The notes under the pieces are model-generated. The model ran no database searches and was not told where the DNA came from. It was given only the letters and a program-made list of their open reading frames with translations. DNA of 62,923 nt, the filler included. It is 6 parts of 6 records of this genome, joined end to end, with 100 filler letters (N's around TTAATTAATTAA, not from the genome) between each part and the next. Parts side by side here need not be neighbours in the genome. Positions count along the whole stretch, not along the records: positions 53,739 to 57,078 come from SRR20825010_2565; positions 57,179 to 62,923 come from SRR20825010_2568; 4 more parts are not named here. One strand, written 5' to 3'. Positions 54,290-62,923 of the stretch are shown here, piece by piece. Made by a program: the position numbers and the translations under genes. Positions within the stretch are counted from its first letter, which is position 1. The number at the start of each line of letters is the position of its first letter.

Positions 54290-54335
54290 TAAACGCTATC
54301 TAGTTTTACAGATAAACGCTATCTAGTTTTACAGA
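54290..54335 (+). repeat. Exact 23-bp tandem duplication (TAAACGCTATCTAGTTTTACAGA x2)
   Basis: 54290-54312 is identical to 54313-54335. Confidence 0.95.
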
Positions 54336-54499
54336 AGAACCAATTAAATATAAGCCCTCAAATAATACTCAATAAAGTCAGTCTCAAAACTGTAATTTAG
54401 ATTCAATACGCAACTAATTAGATTTTTTTACATCCTTTCTAAGGATCTAAACAACTAATTTTATGAAAGTTAGTATTTAATTAATTTAATATTAATGCT

Positions 54500-54910
54500 A
54501 TGAAAAACAACACTATAATTATAATCATCCTAATTCCCCTTTTATTATTCGCTGCCTGTTCCAATGGACAAGAAAACAATGATCCTCTGTCAAGTTTAGA
54601 GTCATTGTGCATTGAATCTGCAATGGAAACAGAATTAACGGAAGGTGTTCCGGCGATAGTAAAAGTTGTAGAAGAGGGACAGCCATTTTTTAATGGTAAT
54701 AAAAAGTATTATGAAGTTGACATAGAAACTAATATCCCTGAACTCTTCGAGCTGTATAAAGAAAAAATAATACGAGTTTTTCCAACAAGAAAAATGAATT
54801 CGGATGTTGGTGAAGAAGTTTTTATCAAAGGAAAAATATTCTCATGTCTTTCTGGAAATCATGGCCTATTGACCAATGATTTCAAAGGTTTTACTCTTAT
54901 AAGTGATTAA
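54500..54910 (+). CDS. Hypothetical lipoprotein (Bacteroidetes)
   Basis: MKNN + hydrophobic core + FAAC lipobox; two further Cys. Confidence 0.8.
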   Translation: MKNNTIIIIILIPLLLFAACSNGQENNDPLSSLESLCIESAMETELTEGVPAIVKVVEEGQPFFNGNKKYYEVDIETNIPELFELYKEKIIRVFPTRKMNSDVGEEVFIKGKIFSCLSGNHGLLTNDFKGFTLISD

Positions 54911-54936
54911 ACCAATTCTTCAAAAAACCAAACATT

Positions 54937-56493
54937 ATGAAAAACTCAAAAAAAAACCTACTTATCCTATTATTTTTTGCATTCTCCTTAGCATTTGGTC
55001 AAAACCGAATCATAGGTGGTAACGATACGACAATCGACCAAAATCCTTGGCAAGTTTCTATGCGGGCAACCAACAACCATCATATTGTAGGAGCTAGAAA
55101 TAATCATATCTGCGGAGGTTCCATCCTAACATCAGAATGGATTTTAACAGCAGCACATTGTGTGACCAATACAATTAACGGAAACGTTATTGGCGTTAAT
55201 GAAATAACGATTTCAGCAGGCATAACGCAACGGAATGATTTAACCACAGGGCAGTACAGAAATGTCGCTCAAATTGTCAGGCACCCAAATTACAATAGCA
55301 TAACTTTTGAAAATGACCTAGCTTTAATCAGACTTACAGCTCCATTGAATTTTAATAGTGATGTACAACCTATTCAATTAACGGATGAAGCATTTGATTC
55401 ATCACCAAGTAATACTGCAAGAGTAACGGGATGGGGACTTACTACTGATAACGGTTTCCCATCAAACAATCTTCAGACATTGGATATGCCAATCATTTCC
55501 AGCAGTAGTGCAAATAGCCAAAATACGGGCTCCGTACAAGTCACATATAATATGATAGCACTTAGATTGGCTAATGCAGGAGTGGCCCCAGGTGACAGTG
55601 GCGGTCCTGCAACCGTGTTGAAAAGTGGCCAACGCTTTTTAATTGGCTGTTCAAGTTGGGGAGAGGCACCCAAGGATAACAAGCCCACAATTTATACTCG
55701 ACTTTACAACTATAGAAATTGGATTGACAACTTCGTGGCTTTTCCATATATTTCTGGAAATAGTTTATTGTGTAATACGAATACCTCTTATACTTTACAT
55801 AATGGCACTGGAAACATTACATGGTCGTCATCCAGTAATATTCAGGTCGTTTCCGGTAGCAATTCACAAGTTACAGTAAAAGCTTCGAGCTCAACATCTT
55901 CCGGTAATGGATGGATACGTGCAACCTCTTCTCATGGCTATACGATTACCGAACGCTTGAATGTGAACCAAAATGCTGGTCAATCCCCAATGACCGTAAC
56001 TATTTATAATGTCAACAGCAACTATATTGACATTACCGCTAATGGAGGCAGTGGGGAAACCCCATATTCTTGGTATATTAACAATTCCTTTTATACAAAC
56101 ACCACCGGAAGAACATTGACCAAGTACTATACTGAAAGCTCCATAAGGGTAGAAGTAAGAAATGACAATGTTTGCAATACGGGTACCCATAGTGCATATT
56201 ATACAGGACAAATCCCTGGACGCTATTATTTTAGAGTGAGTCCAAATCCAGTAAAAGACTACTTAACAATAAGTGAAATTTCTCCACTTGAAGAAAGGAA
56301 GCTGGGATTAAGCAACCAAAAGACATTCGAATATATACTTTCTGATTTCCAAAGTAACATATTTCTTCAAGGCAAAGGTGAAATTGGAACTTCTGGTTTT
56401 GATTTAGACTTGAATGGACTTAAAAAAGGATTGTACATTCTTGAAATTATATCGGAAAGAGAAAGGGAGACCCATAAAATCATTAAAGAATAG
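54937..56493 (+). CDS. S1 (chymotrypsin-fold) serine protease with beta-rich middle domains and T9SS-type C-terminal sorting domain
   Basis: Signal peptide, RIIGG, CGGS, TAAHC, NDLALIRL, GDSGGP; SPNPV...LKKGLYILEI...HKIIKE tail. Confidence 0.93.
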   Translation: MKNSKKNLLILLFFAFSLAFGQNRIIGGNDTTIDQNPWQVSMRATNNHHIVGARNNHICGGSILTSEWILTAAHCVTNTINGNVIGVNEITISAGITQRNDLTTGQYRNVAQIVRHPNYNSITFENDLALIRLTAPLNFNSDVQPIQLTDEAFDSSPSNTARVTGWGLTTDNGFPSNNLQTLDMPIISSSSANSQNTGSVQVTYNMIALRLANAGVAPGDSGGPATVLKSGQRFLIGCSSWGEAPKDNKPTIYTRLYNYRNWIDNFVAFPYISGNSLLCNTNTSYTLHNGTGNITWSSSSNIQVVSGSNSQVTVKASSSTSSGNGWIRATSSHGYTITERLNVNQNAGQSPMTVTIYNVNSNYIDITANGGSGETPYSWYINNSFYTNTTGRTLTKYYTESSIRVEVRNDNVCNTGTHSAYYTGQIPGRYYFRVSPNPVKDYLTISEISPLEERKLGLSNQKTFEYILSDFQSNIFLQGKGEIGTSGFDLDLNGLKKGLYILEIISERERETHKIIKE

Positions 56494-56530
56494 AAAGGTT
56501 CTCATAGATAATAAGTAAGAGCAAAGCCAA

Positions 56531-56558
56531 GCATCCGATTTGAAAATCGGATGTTTTT
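56531..56558 (+). terminator. Rho-independent terminator
   Basis: CATCCGATTT...AAATCGGATG followed by TTTTT. Confidence 0.8.
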
Positions 56559-56898
56559 GATGTAATACAAATCGTTCATTCCATTTTATCCATTTAAAAA
56601 ACATAAAGAAATATAAATAAAATAGGAATCAAGCTTATTTGGACTCCACTTAAACAATAAGTTAATTCGAGTTAAGTGATTTTATCTAGTGCTGAAATTC
56701 AGCAATTCGCTCAACAACTGAGACTACATATTTTTCAAAAACGTATAATCAAAATACCAGTTACTGTTCACATTTTTTTTATCCAATCTATCGTGCTTAA
56801 AAAATCAAAAGTTATTTGTCATAGCCTAGTATTGCTAATCCAAGGTGTAAATCTTCAACTAAAAGTGGACTGAACTTGGTCTAAAGTTAAGTGATGGC

Positions 56899-56936
56899 TT
56901 TGTAGCCTTCCCTAAAAATGCAACCTTCCCTTAAAA
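56899..56936 (-). repeat. Right copy of the 21-bp inverted repeat plus an adjacent degenerate copy
   Basis: TTTGTAGCCTTCCCTAAAAAT (56899-56919), then TGCAACCTTCCCTTAAAA (56919-56936; 15/18 identical to the core). Confidence 0.9.
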
Positions 56937-57078
56937 CCGAACTGTTTACAAAAAGAACCCCAAATCTTACCTCCAACTTTTGCGCATGGATCCTATCGGG
57001 GTTTTGTAGCGTTCCGATAGATAAGCGTGAAGCAAAAACTCGGTAGGGCGCAACCTACTTTTTGGATTTCAGTAGCCC

Positions 57079-57178
57079 NNNNNNNNNNNNNNNNNNNNNN
57101 NNNNNNNNNNNNNNNNNNNNNNTTAATTAATTAANNNNNNNNNNNNNNNNNNNNNNNNNNNNNNNNNNNNNNNNNNNN
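57079..57178. other. Artificial contig linker
   Basis: N44-TTAATTAATTAA-N44. Confidence 0.99.
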
Positions 57179-57940
57179 CACTCGGTATACGACTAAATCA
57201 ACAGGCTGTTAGGCTGCGAACCGTAAGGTGCACCCACAATCTGTCGACAACGCAGCCGCCGATGCGCGAGCTTGATTTTCCTTGTCCGTCTGGCCCGATA
57301 TGGAGAGTTTCGTCATACCGCGGCCTCAGTGATGTGAGGGAAGAGCAAACTCGTCAGGCTTCTCTGTTGTATTCTTCGAGAAGAGCAAATACGCCTGGCT
57401 TCTTTTCTGTCGTTCGGCATGGACCCGACTCGGGCGCAATCACACGGCACGGCAGTCAGGGAATGCAGCACTACGCCATCGCACGAAACCGTTGCCTGGC
57501 TGACACGCGCGGCCATGACGGAAGGCTTGCGAAAACACGTCGCGAACAACCCGCGCTGCCGATGACGAGTCAATCGGTGGGGACAGGGTGAGGTCGATGA
57601 CGCGTGCCGACCCTTTCGATCGCATCGGCGTTCTTAAAGTATCGTGAATGCACCGGATCGAGAGCAAAGTCGATCAAACCGATCAAACGGTCGCTGACTT
57701 CTTGCAGCCTGACATCAATGCGCCGACAACAGTCAACGCTTGCGAACAACTCCACGCAACGGCGTTGGCCGCTCGGTTTCGGTAGTCGGGCATATCAAGA
57801 CGCGATCGAACGTAAAGCATCTCGTAAACGCGGAGATTTCCGTTTCAAACCAATTTGGTCGATCGGCCATGCATGTCGATTTGCCATGCATACGGTCGGT
57901 CCGCTGACGGCTGGCGAATCGAACGAACCACAGGTTAGAA

Positions 57941-58933
57941 TCAAAAGTCGTCGTGGTCGAACACTTCTTTGTTGTCGCGGCTGCCGATCGCGTGGCGGAC
58001 TTCTTCGTTGATTGAATCCGTTGTGAATCGAACGGACCCGTCGCACATCAACAGATGCGTGCCGCCAGGATGGTAGCTCCCCAATGACATTTGCAGGTTG
58101 TCTTTGGGGACGTCTCGCAGGTTGAAGCCGAAATGAAGCGAGCAAAGTGCTTCGGAGAAGTCTTGGCCGTTCTGTGCGTCGAAGTCTTCGTGATAGAGCA
58201 TGAAGTGGTCGCACACGCCGCACTCTTCGTGGTCAATGTATTTCGTTTCGCCAACCATCACGGTGTTGCTGAGTCCGTCCAGGATCGCGGCGAAGTTGAT
58301 CGGCTTGCGATCGGGGCGATTGTCGCAGACGTCTCCGCCTGAAGTGATGTGACAAAAGTCCGTCGCCAAGAAGACGCCATTGCCACGGTCAAAACCGATG
58401 TAGTCGAACATGGAATGCTCGTTCCAATTGACATCGCTGCCGCCGTTGCCGAGATACGTGTTCCGCACCCGGCCAGTGATCTTGTCTCCGGGCTGGCTGA
58501 GGGCGACCGGTCCGATTTGGGACGGACAGCGAAACACCATGACGGGTGCTGTCGCGAGTTGTCTGAACCGGACACTTTCGGACAAGCCGCCGGTTGCGCC
58601 ACCGCGTTCACCGTAGGGGACGATGTCGGCGAGTTCGCGCTGTTCCAGAAACGCGAGGATGTCTGTTGTCCAGCTTGGGCCCCAGCCGCCTTTTGCGCCC
58701 CAAGGCAACGTGCGGTAGACGGATTCGTAATTGTGCAGTGCCAGCCCGATGTTTTTGAGGTTGTTGGTGCACTGAACCTTGCGAGCCGCCTCACGAGCAG
58801 CCTGAACGGCGGGCAGCAGCAGCCCGACCAGAATCGCGATGATCGCGATGACGACGAGCAGCTCGACCAGCGTGAACGCTCGAGGCATCATCGCGCCATC
58901 ACTCACCGATGATCCGCGAAGACGACGCGGCAT
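57941..58933 (-). CDS. DUF1559 prepilin-type N-terminal cleavage/methylation protein
   Basis: AFTLVELLVVIAIIAILVGLLLPAVQAAREAAR, CTNNLKNIGLALHNY, DGLSNT, H-x9-DG (HPGGTHLLMCDGSVRF). Start uncertain. Confidence 0.95.
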   Translation of the reverse strand: MPRRLRGSSVSDGAMMPRAFTLVELLVVIAIIAILVGLLLPAVQAAREAARKVQCTNNLKNIGLALHNYESVYRTLPWGAKGGWGPSWTTDILAFLEQRELADIVPYGERGGATGGLSESVRFRQLATAPVMVFRCPSQIGPVALSQPGDKITGRVRNTYLGNGGSDVNWNEHSMFDYIGFDRGNGVFLATDFCHITSGGDVCDNRPDRKPINFAAILDGLSNTVMVGETKYIDHEECGVCDHFMLYHEDFDAQNGQDFSEALCSLHFGFNLRDVPKDNLQMSLGSYHPGGTHLLMCDGSVRFTTDSINEEVRHAIGSRDNKEVFDHDDF

Positions 58934-59031
58934 CGTGGAAGTGTAAATCCGGCGGTGGGGGGCGAGCGGGGCAGGGCAGGGCATGCCGCCATTTTCGCTG
59001 AAACCCCCAGTTGGGGAAAGGATGAATCTGT

Positions 59032-59070
59032 AAAAAAAGCGGCGTGTCGGTTTCCCAACACGCCGCTTTT
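59032..59070. terminator. Terminator hairpin downstream of the DUF11 gene
   Basis: AAAAGCGGCGTGT...ACACGCCGCTTTT 13-bp stem; T7 on the minus strand. Confidence 0.8.
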
Positions 59071-59186
59071 GAAGGATTATCAGACGTTGCCGCCGAATTG
59101 CTCGCTATTCGCGTTTCTTTTGCCAGGTCTCGCAATCACCCGAGCGAGATTGGTTGGCGAGCCGCGAAGGAGCAATCGTGGCGAGA

Positions 59187-62100
59187 TCAACGCAGTGGCA
59201 AGGAGAATTCGTTGCCACCCGGTCCGCTGCGACGGCTGATCCGGTCGTTGCGGGCGTTCATGTAGTGAGTCGCTTCTTCAGCAACCAGGATCGTGTCACC
59301 GCTGCGGACTTCGGTGCGGAAGCGATGGTGCCCGCCCTCGGCCGCTTTGGCGATGATCTGCATGCGAACTTCTTCACCAGCATCAATGCGAGCGATCGGA
59401 TTGATCAACACTTGACCGGTGATGACTTTGCCGTCGTTGCCCAACAATTGTTGAGGCTCGATGCCGTTGCTGAATTGAGCGATCGCACGCACGTCGGTCG
59501 CTGGTTTGCTGCCGCGGTTACGAATCACGATTTGATACGTGACGTCTTGTCCAACGGGTGCTGGTGCGGATGGGTCTTCGATTGAAAGAACCAAGTCAGC
59601 AATGGCTTCCACGTTGGTTGTCAGTGCGACGCCGGTTTGACCCGCTGCACTGCCTTTGCAGTTGAACGTGAATTCATGTTGGCCGGTGGAATCCAATCGG
59701 CACTGGAATTGGTAGTTGCGACGTGCACCAGGAGTGAGCGAAGCGATCTTCCAACGCAGTTGGTTGTCGATCAACGAGGCACCTTCCATGCCGCCGATGT
59801 ATGTGACGCCCATTGGCAAAGTCAGCGTTGCAACAACATCGTCGCTGGCCGTTGTGCCATGGTTGGTCAGTTCCAACTGATACATTGCATCGGTGTTTTG
59901 GTACTTGAGCTCGGGACCCGTCAGGACGGCTTCCAAGTCAGCGGCCAAGACGCGAACGTTCTTGTCCGCTTCGGCTTTCAATTCCAAATCACCGGCAGCC
60001 AAACCGTGGATCTTCAGGTCGCCCAAGTCTTGAGCGGTCAGTTCCACCTCGAATTGAGCTTCTTTGCCCGAAGGAATGTCGCCAATGCGTTGGCTTTGTG
60101 GCGTGCTGGATTCAGGTGACAGTGTGAACACGACGTTGGGTGCGATGCCATCGCCTGGGTTCAAGACGCGAATCGTGTAGGTCTTTGATTGACCGTAGAT
60201 GACTTCATCGGGACCGTCGATCGTCAGAGCCAACTCAGGTTCTTGGACCTGGATCTGCATGCGTTCTTTTTGCGGAGCGATGGTCCAGTCTACGTTCACA
60301 TCGTGGGTACCACTTCGTGACGCTTTCAAGCGAACCAGCATTCGTTCGGATTGACCAGCGGCCAAGGTTTCGATTCGCCAGTTCAATTGACGGATGCCGT
60401 TTTCGGTGACTCCAGCGACATCGCCACGGGTGGCTTGTTGACCAACGACGTCGGCCCAGTCAGGAATGTGAGCTCGGACGACCAAGCCTTCCGCATCCAC
60501 GTTGCCGCGGTTTTCGACGCGGATTTCGTAGGGGTGCGTTTGTCGAATCATGACCTTCTTTGGGCCGGCCGTGGTCACCCGAATGCCGGGCAGTTCGCTG
60601 GCGGTCGTCGTTGATTGGGATTCCGATGTTGGTGCGGCCGCTGGTGCAGCAACGTTCCCACGCATGTTGTTTGGATAGTCAGTGCCGGCGTGATCCGAGT
60701 TTGGGTTGCCAAGCGTGGTGGATGGTCCGGCAACCGAGCGAGCGGGCACGGACGAACGAGCTTGGAAAGGATCCCGCGGTTGGAACTGGTCGTGCGAAAC
60801 GCCGTTGGAGTTGTGCCAAGCCGATTGTGGTTGACCCAAAGTGGATTCCGCTGGTTGCGAAGGTGCACCGACGGGCAAGCGGTCGCTGATTGGATGCAAT
60901 GCGATTCCGTTGGAACCGTTTGCCGCGAGCGAACCGGACGGACGCATGTCTGCACGACCGCCACCGAAGGTTTGCATCTTGGTAGGTGTTTCGTCAGCGC
61001 CGGAATTGTTCGTTGCAGCGGCACGAGTCGATGCGGCGAGGGGCGACGCGGCAACAAACGAGTCGGCAGGAGTGTTCTGCGTCATCGATGGGGCTTGGCG
61101 AGCTTCACCCAGCGTGATTGTTGTCGATGCGGTCTTTGCGGGCGATGCAAGTGGCGCTGGTGTGTTGATCGGTGCGGGAGCCTGGATCGGAGCCATCGCA
61201 ACACTCTTGGGCGGGACGAGTTGGCTGATTCGATGTGGAGCCGGTGCAGGAGTCGCAACGGGCTCGCTTTTCGCAATCACTTCCGACAGAGCCGGAGCCG
61301 GAGCAGCGGGCTTGGTTGGTTGTGCTGCAACGGTTGCGGATGGTGCGGGCGCTGGTTTGGCAGCAACCTTCGGTGCCGGGGTTTGAACTGGAGCGGTTGG
61401 CTTAGGTTCTGGTTTTGGCTCCGGCTTTGGTTCGGCTTTGGCAACATCGGCCGAAGGTGTTTTGACAGGAATTGACTTGGCAACCGGAGCGGGTTTTGAT
61501 TCGACCTTGGGTTCGGTCTTTGCAACGACGGTTGGTTTGCGACGACGGGATGATTCCGTGGTCGACAATTCTTCCATCGTTGGCTCGGTTTCAACCTTCA
61601 GGATTCGGCGTGAAACCTTTGGCACGATTTCGACTGGTTCTGATTTGACCGGTGAAATCGCGATGGGTGAGCTGCGAACGACAGGAACCGGCGACGATTT
61701 GCTTTCGACGCGAATCGGTTGCGAGGGTGCCTTGCGAGCGATCGATGTTTCCATCTTCGGCGGCTGTGGCACTTGTGAGGTTGGTCGCGGAGTCGATCGT
61801 TGCACGACGCGTGAGCCAGCGTTCGGATCACGCAGTGGCGTGGTTCCGGCGGTGGATCGTGGGGTGGTGCTTTGGCTGCGGTGAGTCGGGATGCCGCTCC
61901 AATCAACGTCACGCTCGCTGGGGACCGCGGTTGCGGTGCGGCCGTCGTTGCTTGATTTGCTAGAAGACGAGGATCCACCGAACAAGCTGCCCAGCAAACC
62001 GTTGCTGGAGGATCGGGTGGTGGTCCGTGAACGCGAGTTCAAACCGCTGAGGATGCCGGTGGACTTCCCGCGGCCGCTGAGCTGTTTTCCGACAACCTGT

Positions 62101-62276
62101 TGGATCTCAGGGTTGTCCGTGGTTTCTTGGGCGGCGACGCTTTGTGGCCCGAAAGAGGTCCAAGGCGTTGGTCCGACGGTGAAGGACGTCGCGAACATCG
62201 CTGCGGCCATGAAGACCGGCAAGCGACGGCGTGGCGACGCCAAATGCGTGATGAGTTGACAAAGACCGCGCGACAT
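59187..62276 (-). CDS. Exported Pro/Ala/Ser-rich protein with C-terminal DUF11 (OmcB-like) repeats
   Basis: Signal-like N-terminus, long low-complexity tract, four repeats (YEIRVENRG, YTIRVLNPG, YQLELTNHG, YQIVIRNRG). Confidence 0.85.
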   Translation of the reverse strand: MSRGLCQLITHLASPRRRLPVFMAAAMFATSFTVGPTPWTSFGPQSVAAQETTDNPEIQQVVGKQLSGRGKSTGILSGLNSRSRTTTRSSSNGLLGSLFGGSSSSSKSSNDGRTATAVPSERDVDWSGIPTHRSQSTTPRSTAGTTPLRDPNAGSRVVQRSTPRPTSQVPQPPKMETSIARKAPSQPIRVESKSSPVPVVRSSPIAISPVKSEPVEIVPKVSRRILKVETEPTMEELSTTESSRRRKPTVVAKTEPKVESKPAPVAKSIPVKTPSADVAKAEPKPEPKPEPKPTAPVQTPAPKVAAKPAPAPSATVAAQPTKPAAPAPALSEVIAKSEPVATPAPAPHRISQLVPPKSVAMAPIQAPAPINTPAPLASPAKTASTTITLGEARQAPSMTQNTPADSFVAASPLAASTRAAATNNSGADETPTKMQTFGGGRADMRPSGSLAANGSNGIALHPISDRLPVGAPSQPAESTLGQPQSAWHNSNGVSHDQFQPRDPFQARSSVPARSVAGPSTTLGNPNSDHAGTDYPNNMRGNVAAPAAAPTSESQSTTTASELPGIRVTTAGPKKVMIRQTHPYEIRVENRGNVDAEGLVVRAHIPDWADVVGQQATRGDVAGVTENGIRQLNWRIETLAAGQSERMLVRLKASRSGTHDVNVDWTIAPQKERMQIQVQEPELALTIDGPDEVIYGQSKTYTIRVLNPGDGIAPNVVFTLSPESSTPQSQRIGDIPSGKEAQFEVELTAQDLGDLKIHGLAAGDLELKAEADKNVRVLAADLEAVLTGPELKYQNTDAMYQLELTNHGTTASDDVVATLTLPMGVTYIGGMEGASLIDNQLRWKIASLTPGARRNYQFQCRLDSTGQHEFTFNCKGSAAGQTGVALTTNVEAIADLVLSIEDPSAPAPVGQDVTYQIVIRNRGSKPATDVRAIAQFSNGIEPQQLLGNDGKVITGQVLINPIARIDAGEEVRMQIIAKAAEGGHHRFRTEVRSGDTILVAEEATHYMNARNDRISRRSGPGGNEFSLPLR

Positions 62277-62485
62277 TTTTGTACTCGTCTCGTGACACGA
62301 AAGGGTGATTCGATCGTGGTATCGGCTGTTCGGGTATTCCGTGCTGAATGAATTTGCACGACGATGACGGTTTGGGCGAAAATTTGGCCTGTGTCATTTG
62401 TGACGACGGGCTGTTTGGTGCCCCCGAACCAGCAGCGGTTGCGGCCGTTGTTTGTCCTTTCCAATCAACCGAGCGATGGAGTTTC

Positions 62486-62818
62486 ATGTCTCGACGCGAA
62501 AAAATCGAAGCCATGTTGGCGGACGATCCGACCGACACGTTCTTGCGGTATTCCTTGGCGATGGAATATCGGTCCGAGGGTGATCATGAAACGAGTTTGG
62601 TGAAACTGCGTGATCTGTTCGCGGACGATCCGCCGTATGTGCCCGCGTTCTTCATGGCGGCGCAGCAGTTGGTTGATTTGGGCCGAATCGATGAGGCTCG
62701 TGCGATCCTGCGTGATGGAATCGAACAGGCTCGCACCCAGAACGATTCGCACGCGGCGGCAGAAATGAGCGAACTGCTTTCGTCGATTGGGATGCTGGGT
62801 GAAGACGACGATTTGTAA
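62486..62818 (+). CDS. Small tetratricopeptide-repeat protein
   Basis: MSRREKIEAMLADDPTDTFLRYSLAMEY...YVPAFFMAAQ...HAAAEM. Confidence 0.82.
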   Translation: MSRREKIEAMLADDPTDTFLRYSLAMEYRSEGDHETSLVKLRDLFADDPPYVPAFFMAAQQLVDLGRIDEARAILRDGIEQARTQNDSHAAAEMSELLSSIGMLGEDDDL

Positions 62819-62923
62819 TCGTTGTTAGTCGTCCAGCGGGCTGGATCTCTCTCGCCGTATGCTGGACTTTTTCGTCCGGCGGGGGGTGCTGGTTTCGACG
62901 GACTTGGAAGTCCATCGTACGGG

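Noticed and set aside
54290-54335. 23-bp duplication as a mini CRISPR array
   Set aside because: Two copies with no spacer and no cas genes nearby.
56676-56873. 65-aa ORF inside the inverted-repeat cassette as a transposase remnant
   Set aside because: No DDE, HUH or tyrosine-recombinase motif recognisable; short ORF in AT-rich DNA.

Overview
The window is not one genome. It is six unrelated contigs joined by identical 100-nt artificial linkers (44 N + TTAATTAATTAA + 44 N). (1) 1-3324: GC-rich, probably alphaproteobacterial catabolic operon (Rieske oxygenase alpha/beta, acyl-CoA ligase, thiolase). (2) 3425-27381: planctomycete, Rhodopirellula-like (Mn catalase, MscS, PQQ-type beta-propeller, ligA, a seven-gene ExbB/ExbD/ExbD + beta-propeller + orphan solute-binding protein cluster, tRNA-Phe, Na+/alanine symporter, EboF-like hydrolase). 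(3) 27482-49351: gammaproteobacterial core region, Alcanivorax-like (clpA, infA, bpt/ate, aat, trxB, ftsK, lolA, rarA, crcB, serS, cysG, tusBCD, yccA, tRNA-Ser, cstA / CC-tailed small protein / ArsA-family ATPase, uvrY, uvrC, pgsA, partial tRNA-Gly). (4) 49452-53638: alphaproteobacterial di-heme oxidoreductase / imelysin / DUF1513 cluster plus a globin-coupled chemoreceptor lacking the proximal His. (5) 53739-57078: AT-rich Bacteroidetes contig in which a lipoprotein and a T9SS-type S1 protease lie between perfect 21-bp inverted repeats. (6) 57179-62923: planctomycete (DUF1559 prepilin-like protein, Pro-rich DUF11 protein, small TPR protein). The best leads are the inverted-repeat-flanked protease cassette, the planctomycete proton-motor cluster, the CstA/CC/ArsA module and the His-less globin sensor. 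All family and taxon assignments come from motif recognition by eye; no database search was run.
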